The position numbers and the translations under genes are program-made. This document shows positions 28,597 through 39,605 of a stretch of DNA of 64,000 bases, piece by piece. The notes under the pieces were generated by a model. That model saw nothing but the letters and a program-made list of their open reading frames with translations, made no database searches and had not been told where the DNA came from. Source of the DNA: an uncultured Nitrospinota bacterium (GTDB lineage: Bacteria > Tectomicrobia > Entotheonellia > J063 > CAVPRW01); contig CAVPRW010000041.1 in assembly GCA_963707985.1 (NCBI GenBank), forward strand, positions 48,657 through 112,656, read 5' to 3'. Each line of letters starts with the position of its first letter. Position 1 is the first letter of the stretch.

Positions 28597-29808
28597 ATGG
28601 GCGTACGCATGTATAGGTGGGAAGGACGGACGCGCGGGGGTATCCTACACAAGGGTGAGATTGAAGCCGATACCAGAGATGAGGCGATCGCTACCCTTCG
28701 TCAACAACATATCGTGGTTACCACGATCAAGCCCAAGCCAAAGGACCTTACCCTCCCTGGATTTGGTGGCAAGGTCTCGGAGAAAGACCTCGTTCTCTTT
28801 ACCAGGCAATTTTCGACCATGATCGACGCGGGCTTGCCGTTAGTCCAGTGTCTGGATATTCTCAGTAAGCAAGCTGAGAACAAGACATTCGCGACGGCGA
28901 TCGTGGAAATCAAGAAGGAAGTCGAGGGGGGTACCACCTTTGCGGATGCCTTGCGCAAATATCCGAAGATTTTTGACGACCTCTACGTTAACTTAGTGCA
29001 GGCAGGTGAGATCGGCGGCGTGCTCGACACCACATTCGCCCGCCTGGCGGGGTATATCGAAAAAGCGCGGTCACTGAAAGGCAAAGTGAAATCCGCGATG
29101 GTATATCCCTCAGCCATTATTTTCGTCGCTGTCTCAGTCATTGTCTTTTTGCTAATATTTGTCATTCCTGTCTTTGCCCAGATGTTTCAGGATTTTGGTG
29201 GAACGTTGCCGTGGCCGACTCAGCTTGTCATTGGCCTCAGCAATGTGATGAAGAACTATACTCTCTTCGCTATCCCTGTCCTCATCGCTGCCGTTTTCGC
29301 GTTCAAGCAGTATTATCGAACCGAGTCAGGAAAGCGGGTGGTGCACCGGTATATGCTCAGGATCCCCATTCTGGGCCCCCTCCTGCAAAAGGCGGCGATT
29401 GCACGATTCGCCCGCACGCTGAGCACCCTTCTGGGCAGCGGCGTGCCCATCATCGATAGCCTAGACATCACGGCACGGACCGCCGGCAATAAAGTATTAG
29501 AGGATGCAGTGCTGGCGTCGATTGCCAGTATTAAAGAAGGCCAAACGCTGGCGACCCCGCTCGGTAAGCACTCGGTGTTCCCTGCGATGGTCGTACAGAT
29601 GGTAGAAATTGGCGATGTGACTGGCGAGCTAGATCAAATGTTGAGCAAACTAGCCGATTTTTACGAAGAAGAGGTCGATCGGGCCGTCGAGGCGCTCACT
29701 GCGATGTTGGAGCCCATGATGATGGTGTTCCTTGGCACTGCACTGGGATTCATCATCGTGGCCATGTACCTACCCATCTTCAAGATGGCCTCACTCGTCA
29801 GTGACTGA
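28597..29808 (+). CDS. pilC: Type IV pilus inner-membrane platform protein (T2SS F family)
   Basis: FTRQFSTMIDAGLPL, AGEIGGVLD, LEPMMMVFLG..IVAMYLPIF; AAGGA RBS before ATG at 28597. Confidence 0.95.
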   Translation: MGVRMYRWEGRTRGGILHKGEIEADTRDEAIATLRQQHIVVTTIKPKPKDLTLPGFGGKVSEKDLVLFTRQFSTMIDAGLPLVQCLDILSKQAENKTFATAIVEIKKEVEGGTTFADALRKYPKIFDDLYVNLVQAGEIGGVLDTTFARLAGYIEKARSLKGKVKSAMVYPSAIIFVAVSVIVFLLIFVIPVFAQMFQDFGGTLPWPTQLVIGLSNVMKNYTLFAIPVLIAAVFAFKQYYRTESGKRVVHRYMLRIPILGPLLQKAAIARFARTLSTLLGSGVPIIDSLDITARTAGNKVLEDAVLASIASIKEGQTLATPLGKHSVFPAMVVQMVEIGDVTGELDQMLSKLADFYEEEVDRAVEALTAMLEPMMMVFLGTALGFIIVAMYLPIFKMASLVSD

Positions 29809-29820
29809 AGTGAGCCAAGA

Positions 29821-31569
29821 ATGGTGCATAATCCGAACCGAACCGCCACCCAGAACCCCTTGATCCGTCGAGTCAAGGGCCTTGTGCTGGGGCGGGTGAT
29901 CGTGATCACCTTCCTATGGGTCGCGCTAGTCGTGTTAGAACTGACCGGCGATCCCACTCCCACGCGACTGCCGTTGACCTACGTCATTCTCATCACCTAC
30001 GTTCTCACCATCCTCTACGCCTTGGTGCTGCGGTATCAGCCAGACCTCGAGCGCTTTTACCGCTGGCAAGTTTGGGTGGACCTACTCCTTGAGACGGCAA
30101 TCGTCCAGAGCACAGGAGGCCTCGACTCCGGTTTCGTTTTTCTGTACATCCTATCGATTATTGCGGCCAGCACCGCCCTTCCGAGTCGATCGATTTTCAG
30201 TATCGCCGCTTCGGCAAGTGTCCTGTATAGCTTCCTAGTCTATCTCGATTTTCATGCAATTATTCACCCGCTACCTTCCCCCTTCACGCTCAGAACTGAG
30301 GTCATTCCGAGTGGCTCTTATGTGCTGTATGCGACGCTGCTACGGATGACAGCATTTTGGGTCGTGGCCTTACTCAGTCGATATCTTGCCGAGTCGCTAC
30401 GCCAGACCGGTCAGGTCGTCCAGGAGCAGAGGGCGCGTCTGATAGGCCTGCATGCTTTCCACGAAAATGTCGTGAATAGCATGAACAGTGGACTACTCAT
30501 CACTGATATGAGCGGGCAAGTGGTCTCATCGAATCATGCTGCTGAACGCATCCTCCAGCTCCCGCTAGGGGGTCGGCAAGGCTGGTTGGCACAGGAGGTG
30601 TTGAATTTTATCAAGCTCGATGAGATTGCGATGAAGAGCGAAACATTTGAGCAGGGGCTCAATCGGTTCGAGGGCTTGTTCAAGCTCACAGATGGAAAGG
30701 AAATCATGTTGGGCGTCTCTTATTCCCCGCTACGAGATGACCAAGGGACAATCCGAGGATTGATCTTCAATTTTCAAGATATTACCTTGATCCGTGCCAT
30801 GGAAGCCGAGATCAAACGGGGCGAGCAGTTGGCCGCCGTTGGTCGCCTGTCGGCCGCCATTGCCCATGAAATTCGAAACCCACTGGCCTCGGTCAGTGGC
30901 TCTATCCAACTCCTGCGCGCTGAACTTGCCCTCGATGAATCGAACCAACGGCTGATGGAAATCATTGCCCACGAGATCCAGCGTCTGAACACGATTATCA
31001 CCGATTTCTTGGCCTACGCCCGACCAATGCCGTTGCAGTATGCCGAGATTGATATTCACAAACTGATCTCAGGGACGCTGCATCTCCTTCAGCAGGGGCT
31101 ACCGGAGGGGAGTGCCGTGTCCATCTGCACTGAGTTTGCACCTACGGTCCCAGTAATCGCGGTTGACCCTCAGGGATTGCGACAAGTGCTCTGGAATCTG
31201 TGTTTGAACGCTGTCGAAGCCATGCATTACCAAGGTACTTTGACCGTCTGCACTGCGCTACAGCTGCAGTCGCATCAGCCCTATCGCAGCAGCAGGCCAC
31301 TAACCACCCCCGCCCAGGAGTTGATTATCGATGTATTGGATACAGGGCCTGGTATGCCCCTAGAGGTCACGGAAAAAATCTTTGAGCCCTTCTATAGCAC
31401 AAAAGACGGGGGTACTGGTCTGGGTCTAGCGACGGTCGACCGAATCATTTATAATCATAAAGGCAAGATCGAGGTCAACAGCCAGTTAGGCCATGGGACC
31501 ACGATGCGTATCCATCTGCCATTACTATCGCATACAGCCGGTAGCGCCGGCATCCCTGGTGGTGAGTAG
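29821..31569 (+). CDS. pilS: PilS-like sensor histidine kinase (multi-TM, PAS, HisKA, HATPase)
   Basis: TGGLDSGFVFLY membrane motif, AHEIRNPL, DTGPGM, GTGLGL; follows pilC. Confidence 0.82.
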   Translation: MVHNPNRTATQNPLIRRVKGLVLGRVIVITFLWVALVVLELTGDPTPTRLPLTYVILITYVLTILYALVLRYQPDLERFYRWQVWVDLLLETAIVQSTGGLDSGFVFLYILSIIAASTALPSRSIFSIAASASVLYSFLVYLDFHAIIHPLPSPFTLRTEVIPSGSYVLYATLLRMTAFWVVALLSRYLAESLRQTGQVVQEQRARLIGLHAFHENVVNSMNSGLLITDMSGQVVSSNHAAERILQLPLGGRQGWLAQEVLNFIKLDEIAMKSETFEQGLNRFEGLFKLTDGKEIMLGVSYSPLRDDQGTIRGLIFNFQDITLIRAMEAEIKRGEQLAAVGRLSAAIAHEIRNPLASVSGSIQLLRAELALDESNQRLMEIIAHEIQRLNTIITDFLAYARPMPLQYAEIDIHKLISGTLHLLQQGLPEGSAVSICTEFAPTVPVIAVDPQGLRQVLWNLCLNAVEAMHYQGTLTVCTALQLQSHQPYRSSRPLTTPAQELIIDVLDTGPGMPLEVTEKIFEPFYSTKDGGTGLGLATVDRIIYNHKGKIEVNSQLGHGTTMRIHLPLLSHTAGSAGIPGGE

Positions 31570-31767
31570 CGTATACGTCCCTTCGTGGCTACACCTCTAT
31601 CGCCATTTGTAGTCCTGTCAGGTCGCATAAACATGGGGCGCAGGGTCATGAACCGGTGAAACAACCTTTTGGTGGCTGCTTCGGAGCGTAGTTCCCGGCC
31701 AAACGCTGCTAGGGTCATAATTATCAACGGCGCTGTCGGTTGGTAGATACTGAGAACCCATTTCCTG

Positions 31768-34700
31768 ATGCCCATAATGACATCCTCTCATGAGTATTGG
31801 AGCCAGATTTCGACTCTTACCCAGCGACTATCTGATGGCGATGAAGTAATCACCCTCGGCCATCTAGCCGGGGCTAGCAAAGCTCTCTTCTTGGCCAGCG
31901 TATGCCACCAACTCCGGCGACCGCTGTTAGTAGTCACCTCAACAGCCACTGAAGCTGAATCACTTGCGCATGATCTGCGATTCTTCACCAGCTCAGCTGA
32001 ACTTTCGCCGAGGATTGTTCTGCTCCCCGCCGAGGAGCATGCACCATACGAACCCGCATCCGAGACTTCTGACCTCACCTCACAGCGTCTGATCGCCCTA
32101 CGGTCCATGCTGCAAGCAGCCATGCAGATCATTGTCACGACCCCCCACGCCATTGTTCCCTATGTGATGTCCCGTGTGCTACTTCAACAGGCGGGTCTTG
32201 AGCTGGCGCCGGGTCTGACGCTGGATCGGCAGGAGTGCCTCGAACGCCTGCTACGATGTGGCTATCACCAAGTCGATCTGGTTGAAGAATGGGGAGATTT
32301 CGCTGTCCGTGGGGGGATTGTCGATCTCTTTCCACCGCACTTGCCACGCCCCATCCGCCTAGAGTTCATAGGGGATGAGATTGAATCGCTTCGGGAGTTC
32401 GATCCGGCTACACAGCGGTCCTTGAGAGCCGTCGAGCAGGTAACGGTTGTACCTCTTCGCGAGTTTATCAAGGCGCTCCCGCCCTGGAATGAGATTGAGG
32501 CCCGGGCCTCAGCGGCAAACCTCGACCTCGCGAGACTCCAGGAGGTGGTGTCCTGTCTTGAGCAATATATTTTCCCTCCAGGTGTGGAACGCCTGCTCCC
32601 GGTTTTCAGTGATGCCTTAGAACCGCTGTTTAATTATCTGCCCCCCGATGCTGTGCTCGTACTCGACGAGCCGGCAGTGATCAATACCAAGCTAGAAGAA
32701 TTTAACACCGCCGTCGAAGAAGGCTACCAACAAGCCCTCCTGCGGAAAGATCTCGTCGCACCTCCCATGGCGCGGTACCTGGCGCCATCTTTTGTCGCCG
32801 AATGCTTCCAGGCATGCCAACGCATAATCCTGCAGTCGCTGGCGGAAAGTCTGTGTGAGAATCAGACCACCGAGCTCTTCACGGGTCATGTACTGGGATC
32901 ATATCAGGGCCGCTGGGACACCCTCGTTCAACTGATGGCCACGCGTCTACAGGAGGGTTATACGGTCCTCATTACTGCAGCAAGTCTCACGCAGGCCCAC
33001 CATATCCAAGATCTGCTCCGGGAGGGCGAGCTCGCTGCCGAGGTTCTGAGCACTCCACCCGCCCTCCTCGTCGCTATGGCCCAGGCATCACAGCCACCTT
33101 CTGCCCCAATCCATGCCACGCGAGCGGGCATCTCGAACACAGCTCCATCCGTCTCGGGTCTGCTTATTTGCGTCGGTAGTCTCTCAACTGGCTTTGTGTT
33201 ACCCACGGCGCACCTGATGTGTGTGGATGCAGGAGAAATGTGGGGAACACGACGATCGCGCGACCGCCGCCCGCCCCCCTCGGCCCGGGCACGTCTGTTC
33301 AATTACCGCGATCTGAATCCTGGGGACCACATCGTCCACCTCGACTATGGCATCGGCGTGTACCGGGGGACCACGATCCTGAAAGTGGGTGCCGAAGAGA
33401 GCGAGTTTCTCAGCTTGGAGTTCGCCGATCACGACAAAGTCTATGTGCCGATCGATGCCCTTCACCTGGTGCAGAAATACCTTGGAGCTGGTGGTGAGGT
33501 CCCGGTGCTCAGCAAGCTCGGCAGTGGCACATGGAGTCGGACCAAGCGTCGCGTGAAGTCGGCCATCCGCGAGATCGCACAGGAACTACTGAGGCTGTAT
33601 GCGGCGCGCGAGGTGAAGCCAGGGTTTGCGTTTTCGCCTGATACGTCCTGGCATAAAGAGTTCGTCGAGGCCTTTGAGTTTGAGGAAACTGAGGATCAGC
33701 GACGCGCGATCGAAGACGTCAAAGGTGACATGGAAAAACCGCATCCCATGGACCGCCTAGTTTGCGGGGATGTTGGCTATGGCAAAACCGAGGTGGCATT
33801 GCGTGCTGCCTTCAAAGCCCTGACGGATGGGAAACAAGTGGCTATCCTAGTGCCGACGACGATTCTGGCGTTGCAGCATTGGCACACATTCTCTCGACGT
33901 TTAGCCTCCTATCCGATCACCGTCGAGATGCTCAGCCGATTCCGCTCTCCGATTGAGCAAAAAAAAGTTGTCAAAGGCCTGCGTACGGGCACTGTAGATC
34001 TTGTTATCGCTACCCATCGACTATTGCAGAAGGACGTGGACTTCCAGAATCTTGGATTGCTGATCATCGATGAAGAGCACCGCTTCGGCGTCACCCATAA
34101 GGAGCGCATCAAACAACGCTATACACAGGTCGATGTTCTGACGCTCACAGCCACACCCATCCCGCGCACCTTGCATCTCTCCATGGTGGGTGTCCGCGAC
34201 ATGAGTGTGATCGAAACCCCACCCCCCAATCGTCTTGCCGTGCGTACCTATGTGCTTAAATTCGGGGATGCGGTGATCCAGGAGGCCATTACCCGTGAAC
34301 TCGAGCGTGGCGGCCAGGCGTTTTTCGTCCATAATCGGGTGGAAAGCATTGGTGCCATGTATCGCTACCTCCACCGTCTCGTCCCTCAGGCACGCATTGC
34401 CGTGGGCCATGGCCAACTGCCCGAGCAGCAATTAGAGCGGGTGATGGTGCGCTTTATCAATCGCGAAGTCGACGTCCTCCTCTGTACGACCATCATTGAA
34501 TCGGGGTTAGACATTCCAGCGGCCAATACAATTATCGTCAATCGGGCCGATCAATTCGGCCTGGCCCAGCTCTATCAACTGCGCGGACGTGTAGGCCGGG
34601 ACCAGGATCAGGCCTATGCCTATCTGTTGATTCCAGGAGAGAAAACACTCACAGGGCTACCGTGGGAACGGCTTAAGGCCATGCTGGAGTTCGCCGATCT

Positions 34701-35301
34701 TGGCGCGGGATTACGCTTGGCCATGCGCGATTTGGAGATTCGGGGAGCCGGCAATATCCTCGGCGTCCAGCAATCTGGGCATATCGGCGCTGTCGGCTTC
34801 GATCTCTATTGTAAACTCATGGAAGAGACCATTCGCGAGCTCAAAGGCGAGCACGTCGAGGAAGAGAAAGAACTACAAGTCGTGCTCAAAATCGGCGGCT
34901 TCCTCCCCAAAGACTATATCCCCAACACCGCTCAGCGACTCGATCTGTACCAACGCTTATACGCTGTCGACGATGAAGCCATGCTAGCAGAGGTGCAGGC
35001 CGAGATGATCGATCGGTTTGGGGCCTTGCCGGAGGCGGTGGAAAAGCTACTCCGCCTGGTTGAGCTAAGGACTCTCGCACGTCAGCTGCGATTATCGAAG
35101 ATTGAGCGCCGACAACAGACGGTGACCTTTTTGTTCGATCCCATCACCCCAGTCCCCCCCGAAAAGATCGTCGCGCTGCTGCATGAACATCGGCGGACGA
35201 TTCGCTTCATCCCCGAGCACACCCTCGAACTGAGACTCACGCAGGACGCCTGGGACGCTGTGTGTAACGCCGTCAAAAAAGTCTTGCAGCAGTTGCTGTA
35301 G
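31768..35301 (+). CDS. mfd: Transcription-repair coupling factor
   Basis: CGDVGYGKTEVA, DEEHRFGV, TATPIPRT, QLRGRVGR, TRCF C-terminus. Confidence 0.97.
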   Translation: MPIMTSSHEYWSQISTLTQRLSDGDEVITLGHLAGASKALFLASVCHQLRRPLLVVTSTATEAESLAHDLRFFTSSAELSPRIVLLPAEEHAPYEPASETSDLTSQRLIALRSMLQAAMQIIVTTPHAIVPYVMSRVLLQQAGLELAPGLTLDRQECLERLLRCGYHQVDLVEEWGDFAVRGGIVDLFPPHLPRPIRLEFIGDEIESLREFDPATQRSLRAVEQVTVVPLREFIKALPPWNEIEARASAANLDLARLQEVVSCLEQYIFPPGVERLLPVFSDALEPLFNYLPPDAVLVLDEPAVINTKLEEFNTAVEEGYQQALLRKDLVAPPMARYLAPSFVAECFQACQRIILQSLAESLCENQTTELFTGHVLGSYQGRWDTLVQLMATRLQEGYTVLITAASLTQAHHIQDLLREGELAAEVLSTPPALLVAMAQASQPPSAPIHATRAGISNTAPSVSGLLICVGSLSTGFVLPTAHLMCVDAGEMWGTRRSRDRRPPPSARARLFNYRDLNPGDHIVHLDYGIGVYRGTTILKVGAEESEFLSLEFADHDKVYVPIDALHLVQKYLGAGGEVPVLSKLGSGTWSRTKRRVKSAIREIAQELLRLYAAREVKPGFAFSPDTSWHKEFVEAFEFEETEDQRRAIEDVKGDMEKPHPMDRLVCGDVGYGKTEVALRAAFKALTDGKQVAILVPTTILALQHWHTFSRRLASYPITVEMLSRFRSPIEQKKVVKGLRTGTVDLVIATHRLLQKDVDFQNLGLLIIDEEHRFGVTHKERIKQRYTQVDVLTLTATPIPRTLHLSMVGVRDMSVIETPPPNRLAVRTYVLKFGDAVIQEAITRELERGGQAFFVHNRVESIGAMYRYLHRLVPQARIAVGHGQLPEQQLERVMVRFINREVDVLLCTTIIESGLDIPAANTIIVNRADQFGLAQLYQLRGRVGRDQDQAYAYLLIPGEKTLTGLPWERLKAMLEFADLGAGLRLAMRDLEIRGAGNILGVQQSGHIGAVGFDLYCKLMEETIRELKGEHVEEEKELQVVLKIGGFLPKDYIPNTAQRLDLYQRLYAVDDEAMLAEVQAEMIDRFGALPEAVEKLLRLVELRTLARQLRLSKIERRQQTVTFLFDPITPVPPEKIVALLHEHRRTIRFIPEHTLELRLTQDAWDAVCNAVKKVLQQLL

Positions 35302-35461
35302 AGTGATACGATTCTGCCCATATTTACGACGATAGGGTCCTCAGCGCGTACTGCGAATCGTTTGCCCTACACATACCCAGTTCCCTCCTACCGTTCTACG
35401 ATCGAGACAGAAGGCAACCGGAGCATATCGGGTCCTAGGCGGCTGTCATGCTCGGGGAAGG

Positions 35462-36811
35462 ATGAGAATCATGGTTGATCGACTCAAGAGCATCTTCGGC
35501 AATTGGCGGTTGCTGATTCCCATCCTGTTTCTGGCCGTTGGGGTCGTGATCGGGGCGAAGTATGGTGTCGAGTATTGGATTTACACCATGACCCACGTCT
35601 ACACTGATGACGCCCGGGTAAAAGGGACGATGGTGTCCTTGAGTCCCGAAGTCTCCGGACTCGTACGTAAGGTCCACATCGATGAGGGGAACGAAGTCAA
35701 GAGGGGAATGGTACTGGTCGAGATCGATCAAGCTGACTACCTAACGCAGTTGGCCCAAGCCGAGGCCGCGTACGAAGCTGTGCAGACACAGTTATTGGAA
35801 GCACAACGCGATCTTGATCTGCAGATTCAACGCCAGGGTAGCGAGCTCGCACGTGCCAAGGCGCTCGTGGATGCAAAAAAGAGCAAGCTCAGCGAGGCGG
35901 AAACCGACCTCGCCATGGAACGTGACAAGAGCAAGAATGGCATCCTCGAGGCCGAAGCCTCGTACAAAGCGGCGTTGTCTCGTCTCAAGGAGATGGAGCA
36001 TGGCCTCAAGGCGGCGGAAAGTGACCTCGACCGCGCCAAGAGATTGTTTGCCGAAGGCATTATCGCCACCGAAAGACGCGATCAGACACAGGTTGCCTTC
36101 GATCAGTCTGGCGCACGGTACGTGTCTGCCCGCGAAGGAGTGGAGCAAGCTAAGGCACGCCACGCCGCCAGCATCGCGTCGGAGAAGATGGTTGAGCTGC
36201 AGTCACGCCGCGTCACCACATTGCGCGCGGAGGTGAAAGAGACCGAAGCAGCCTATCAGCTCGCTCTAACCAACGCTGGGATTGAAGATCTCAAACGTGA
36301 ACGGATCAAGCTGCTCGATGCCAAGCTAAAAGAGGAAGAGGCGAAAGTTGCCGCTGCCCGGTTACGCCTGGAGAACACGGTCATCCATAGTCCGATTGAC
36401 GGGGTGGTCAGTCGTAAGCGTGTCGAGCATGGGGAGATGGTCCAGCGCGGTCAACCGATTCTTGTGGTGAACGACCCTCGAGATGTGTGGGTACTCACCA
36501 ATGTGAAGGAGACCTATATTCGCGACGTACATGTTGGTAGCCCTGTCGATGTTTGGGTAGATGCGTACCCGAGCCGTATCTTCCGAGGTATCGTCGAGAG
36601 CGTTGGGGCCGCCGCCATCTCGGAATTTGCCCTCTTCCCCCCCACCGGGAATTTTACCAAAGTCGAGCAGCGTATCCCCGTTCGCATTACTGTCGATAGC
36701 GTCGATGGACTCCTCAAACCCGGTATGATGGTTATTGTCGGGATCGAAATCCCGCGTGGAGGCAAGGAAGGGCGTGAAACTACGACGAAAGCTTCAAGCT
36801 CGGTCAATTAA
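35462..36811 (+). CDS. HlyD/EmrA-family membrane fusion protein
   Basis: N-terminal TM, TDDARV, long alpha-helical hairpin, GNFTKVEQRIPVRI. Confidence 0.9.
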   Translation: MRIMVDRLKSIFGNWRLLIPILFLAVGVVIGAKYGVEYWIYTMTHVYTDDARVKGTMVSLSPEVSGLVRKVHIDEGNEVKRGMVLVEIDQADYLTQLAQAEAAYEAVQTQLLEAQRDLDLQIQRQGSELARAKALVDAKKSKLSEAETDLAMERDKSKNGILEAEASYKAALSRLKEMEHGLKAAESDLDRAKRLFAEGIIATERRDQTQVAFDQSGARYVSAREGVEQAKARHAASIASEKMVELQSRRVTTLRAEVKETEAAYQLALTNAGIEDLKRERIKLLDAKLKEEEAKVAAARLRLENTVIHSPIDGVVSRKRVEHGEMVQRGQPILVVNDPRDVWVLTNVKETYIRDVHVGSPVDVWVDAYPSRIFRGIVESVGAAAISEFALFPPTGNFTKVEQRIPVRITVDSVDGLLKPGMMVIVGIEIPRGGKEGRETTTKASSSVN

Positions 36812-37805
36812 CGCGCCCTGGCGCCGTCTGCTCGTCATCGCCTTCACGGCCTTCTACTTCGGCTGGTGGGATAGCGGACCCGCACACGCATTGATGATCG
36901 ATCGCATCGTCGCACGGGTAAATGATGACGTCATTACGCTGAGTGAGCTGCAGGAGGAAGGACTGCCGCTGTTTGAACGTCTGCGTGCGAATTACACTGG
37001 TAAGGAACTTGAATCCCACGTCCAGCGTGCCGAACGTGAGTTCCTCGATCAACTGATCCTCAGACGTTTGCAGCTACAATATGCTAACCAAATCGGTATC
37101 AGTGCCTCGGAAAACGACATCAATGCCGCTCTCAAAGATGTGCTCACTCGCAACAATCTGACCCAAGAGCAGCTATCGGATCTCCTGACTCGCGAGGGAC
37201 TGACGCTCCAGGACTACAAAGACCGTTTACGCGAGCAGATTATCCTGGCGCGGTTGATGAATCAGGCCGTGCGCTCCCGTGTCTCGGTTGATGCCAGTGA
37301 AGTGGACGCCTACTTCAAGGCCCATCAAGACGAATTTAACCACCCCGCGCAAGCCAGGGTCCGCCACATCTTTTTCCGGATGGATCCAGGCTTGCCACCA
37401 TCGCAGCTGGAGGCTGTGCGTGAACGTGCTTCCCGGGTGCTCCAAGAAGCTCGAAATGGGGGTGATTTTGCCAATCTGGCGCAACGCTACTCCGAGGATG
37501 CAACTGCCGCGAACGGTGGCGATTTGGGCGTCATCAGACGCGGAGAGGCGCTGCCGGAGTTTGAAGAGGTGATCTTCACCATGCGGGAGGGGGACATCAG
37601 CGAGGTGATCCGCACGCCTAACGGCCTGCACATCGTCAAGATCGAAGCCTTCAGCAAAGGGTCTGAACAGCCGTTCCCGGAAATCAAAGCTGAGATCGAG
37701 CGCCGTTTGCTCCAGGGGAAAATGGAGCAACGTTTCCAAGACTGGACAAATGAACTGAAGGATCGAGCCTTCATCGAGATCACCCTGCATGAGGCTATGC
37801 CGTAG
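36774..37805 (+). CDS. surA: SurA-like periplasmic peptidyl-prolyl isomerase (parvulin)
   Basis: IDRIVARVNDDVITLSEL, RVRHIFF, FANLAQRYSED..GGDLG; probable GTG start at 36774 overlapping the end of the HlyD gene. Confidence 0.85.
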   Translation: MKLRRKLQARSINAPWRRLLVIAFTAFYFGWWDSGPAHALMIDRIVARVNDDVITLSELQEEGLPLFERLRANYTGKELESHVQRAEREFLDQLILRRLQLQYANQIGISASENDINAALKDVLTRNNLTQEQLSDLLTREGLTLQDYKDRLREQIILARLMNQAVRSRVSVDASEVDAYFKAHQDEFNHPAQARVRHIFFRMDPGLPPSQLEAVRERASRVLQEARNGGDFANLAQRYSEDATAANGGDLGVIRRGEALPEFEEVIFTMREGDISEVIRTPNGLHIVKIEAFSKGSEQPFPEIKAEIERRLLQGKMEQRFQDWTNELKDRAFIEITLHEAMP

Positions 37806-37840
37806 GCTAGATACCGTGTGTTGCGGCGTGTATATCATTC

Positions 37841-37869
37841 TTGACAGGACTCATGGAAGCGGTTATGAT
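37841..37869 (+). promoter_or_regulatory. Sigma70 promoter of the pyr operon
   Basis: TTGACA-17 nt-TATGAT. Confidence 0.8.
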
Positions 37870-37885
37870 AGCCTCAATTGTACTA

Positions 37886-37914
37886 CCTTTAAATAGTCCT
37901 GAGAGACTAGAAGG
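37886..37914 (+). promoter_or_regulatory. PyrR-binding loop (anti-antiterminator) RNA element
   Basis: CCTTT-AAA-TAGTC-CTGAGA-GACTA-G-AAGG resembles the PyrR-binding consensus ARUCC-NGNGA-GGYU; in the leader of pyrR. Confidence 0.88.
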
Positions 37915-37958
37915 ATACGTGGGTGGCGAATCTCTGTATGTTGTCGATGGCATCGTTG

Positions 37959-37991
37959 GCCTCCTTACCGTGGGTAAGGAGGTTTTTTTTT
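37959..37991 (+). terminator. Attenuator intrinsic terminator of the pyr leader
   Basis: GCCTCCTTACC-GTG-GGTAAGGAGGT stem followed by a T9 run, 17 nt before the pyrR start. Confidence 0.9.
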
Positions 37992-37993
37992 GA

Positions 37994-38584
<591 letters not shown>

Positions 38585-38614
38585 CCCTACTCGGACGCGA
38601 GGAGGGAGATCTGC

Positions 38615-39541
38615 ATGACCTTAACACGCAAGGATATCCTCGGCACCCAGGAGATGAATGCCGAGGAGATTGCCTATCTTCTCGATGCCACCGAATCGTT
38701 CCTCGAGGTGTCCACGCGCGAAGTCAAAAAAGTTCCGACGCTGCGAGGCAAGACGATCATCAACCTCTTCTACGAGCCGAGCACACGCACACGGACGTCC
38801 TTTGAGATTGCTGGCAAGCGACTCAGTGCTGATGTCATCAATATCTCCCACAGCAGCAGCAGCGCAGCCAAGGGGGAAAGTCTGAAGGACACGGCGCTGA
38901 CGCTGGCAGCTATGGCCGCGGATGTCATCGTCCTTCGTCACCCAGCCTCCGGGGCGGCACACTTCCTGGCCCGCCAGGTTCCAAGTGCGGTGATCAACGG
39001 TGGCGATGGGACGCATGAGCACCCGACCCAGGCTCTTCTCGATCTATTCACGATCCGGCAACGCAAAGGCACGTTAACAGGGTTGCGCGTTAGTATCATC
39101 GGCGATATCGCCCACAGCCGCGTGGCGCGCTCGAACATCTTCGCCATGCGTGCGATGGGCATGGAAGTGCGCGTCTGCGGCCCTGCCAGCCTCTTGCCAG
39201 TACAGGTGGAGTCGCTGGGCGTGCATGCTTTCACGGACCTTAATGCCGCCATATCTGATGCTGATATCATCATGGTCCTGCGCCTACAACTGGAGCGGCA
39301 GGAGACGGGGTTGATCCCCTCGCTGCGCGAGTATTCGCAGCTCTATGGGCTCAATCTCACACGTCTGGATCAGGCCAAGCCCGATGTGCTCATTATGCAC
39401 CCCGGCCCCATTAATCGCGGTGTCGAGATCGCTCCGGAGGTAGCGGAAGGTCCCTACTCGCTGATTCTCGATCAGGTTGCCAACGGCGTCGCCCTCCGGA
39501 TGGCCCTGTTGTACCTCCTGACCGGAGGGCCTGGCCTGTGA
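38615..39541 (+). CDS. pyrB: Aspartate carbamoyltransferase catalytic subunit
   Basis: [32 protein letters not shown]. Confidence 0.97.
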   Translation: MTLTRKDILGTQEMNAEEIAYLLDATESFLEVSTREVKKVPTLRGKTIINLFYEPSTRTRTSFEIAGKRLSADVINISHSSSSAAKGESLKDTALTLAAMAADVIVLRHPASGAAHFLARQVPSAVINGGDGTHEHPTQALLDLFTIRQRKGTLTGLRVSIIGDIAHSRVARSNIFAMRAMGMEVRVCGPASLLPVQVESLGVHAFTDLNAAISDADIIMVLRLQLERQETGLIPSLREYSQLYGLNLTRLDQAKPDVLIMHPGPINRGVEIAPEVAEGPYSLILDQVANGVALRMALLYLLTGGPGL

Positions 39542-39605
39542 GAGGCTCCATGCCCATAGCCATGTTGTTTCCACTAGGGAGTCGAGGTGAGGGAGGGCTG
39601 CAGGC

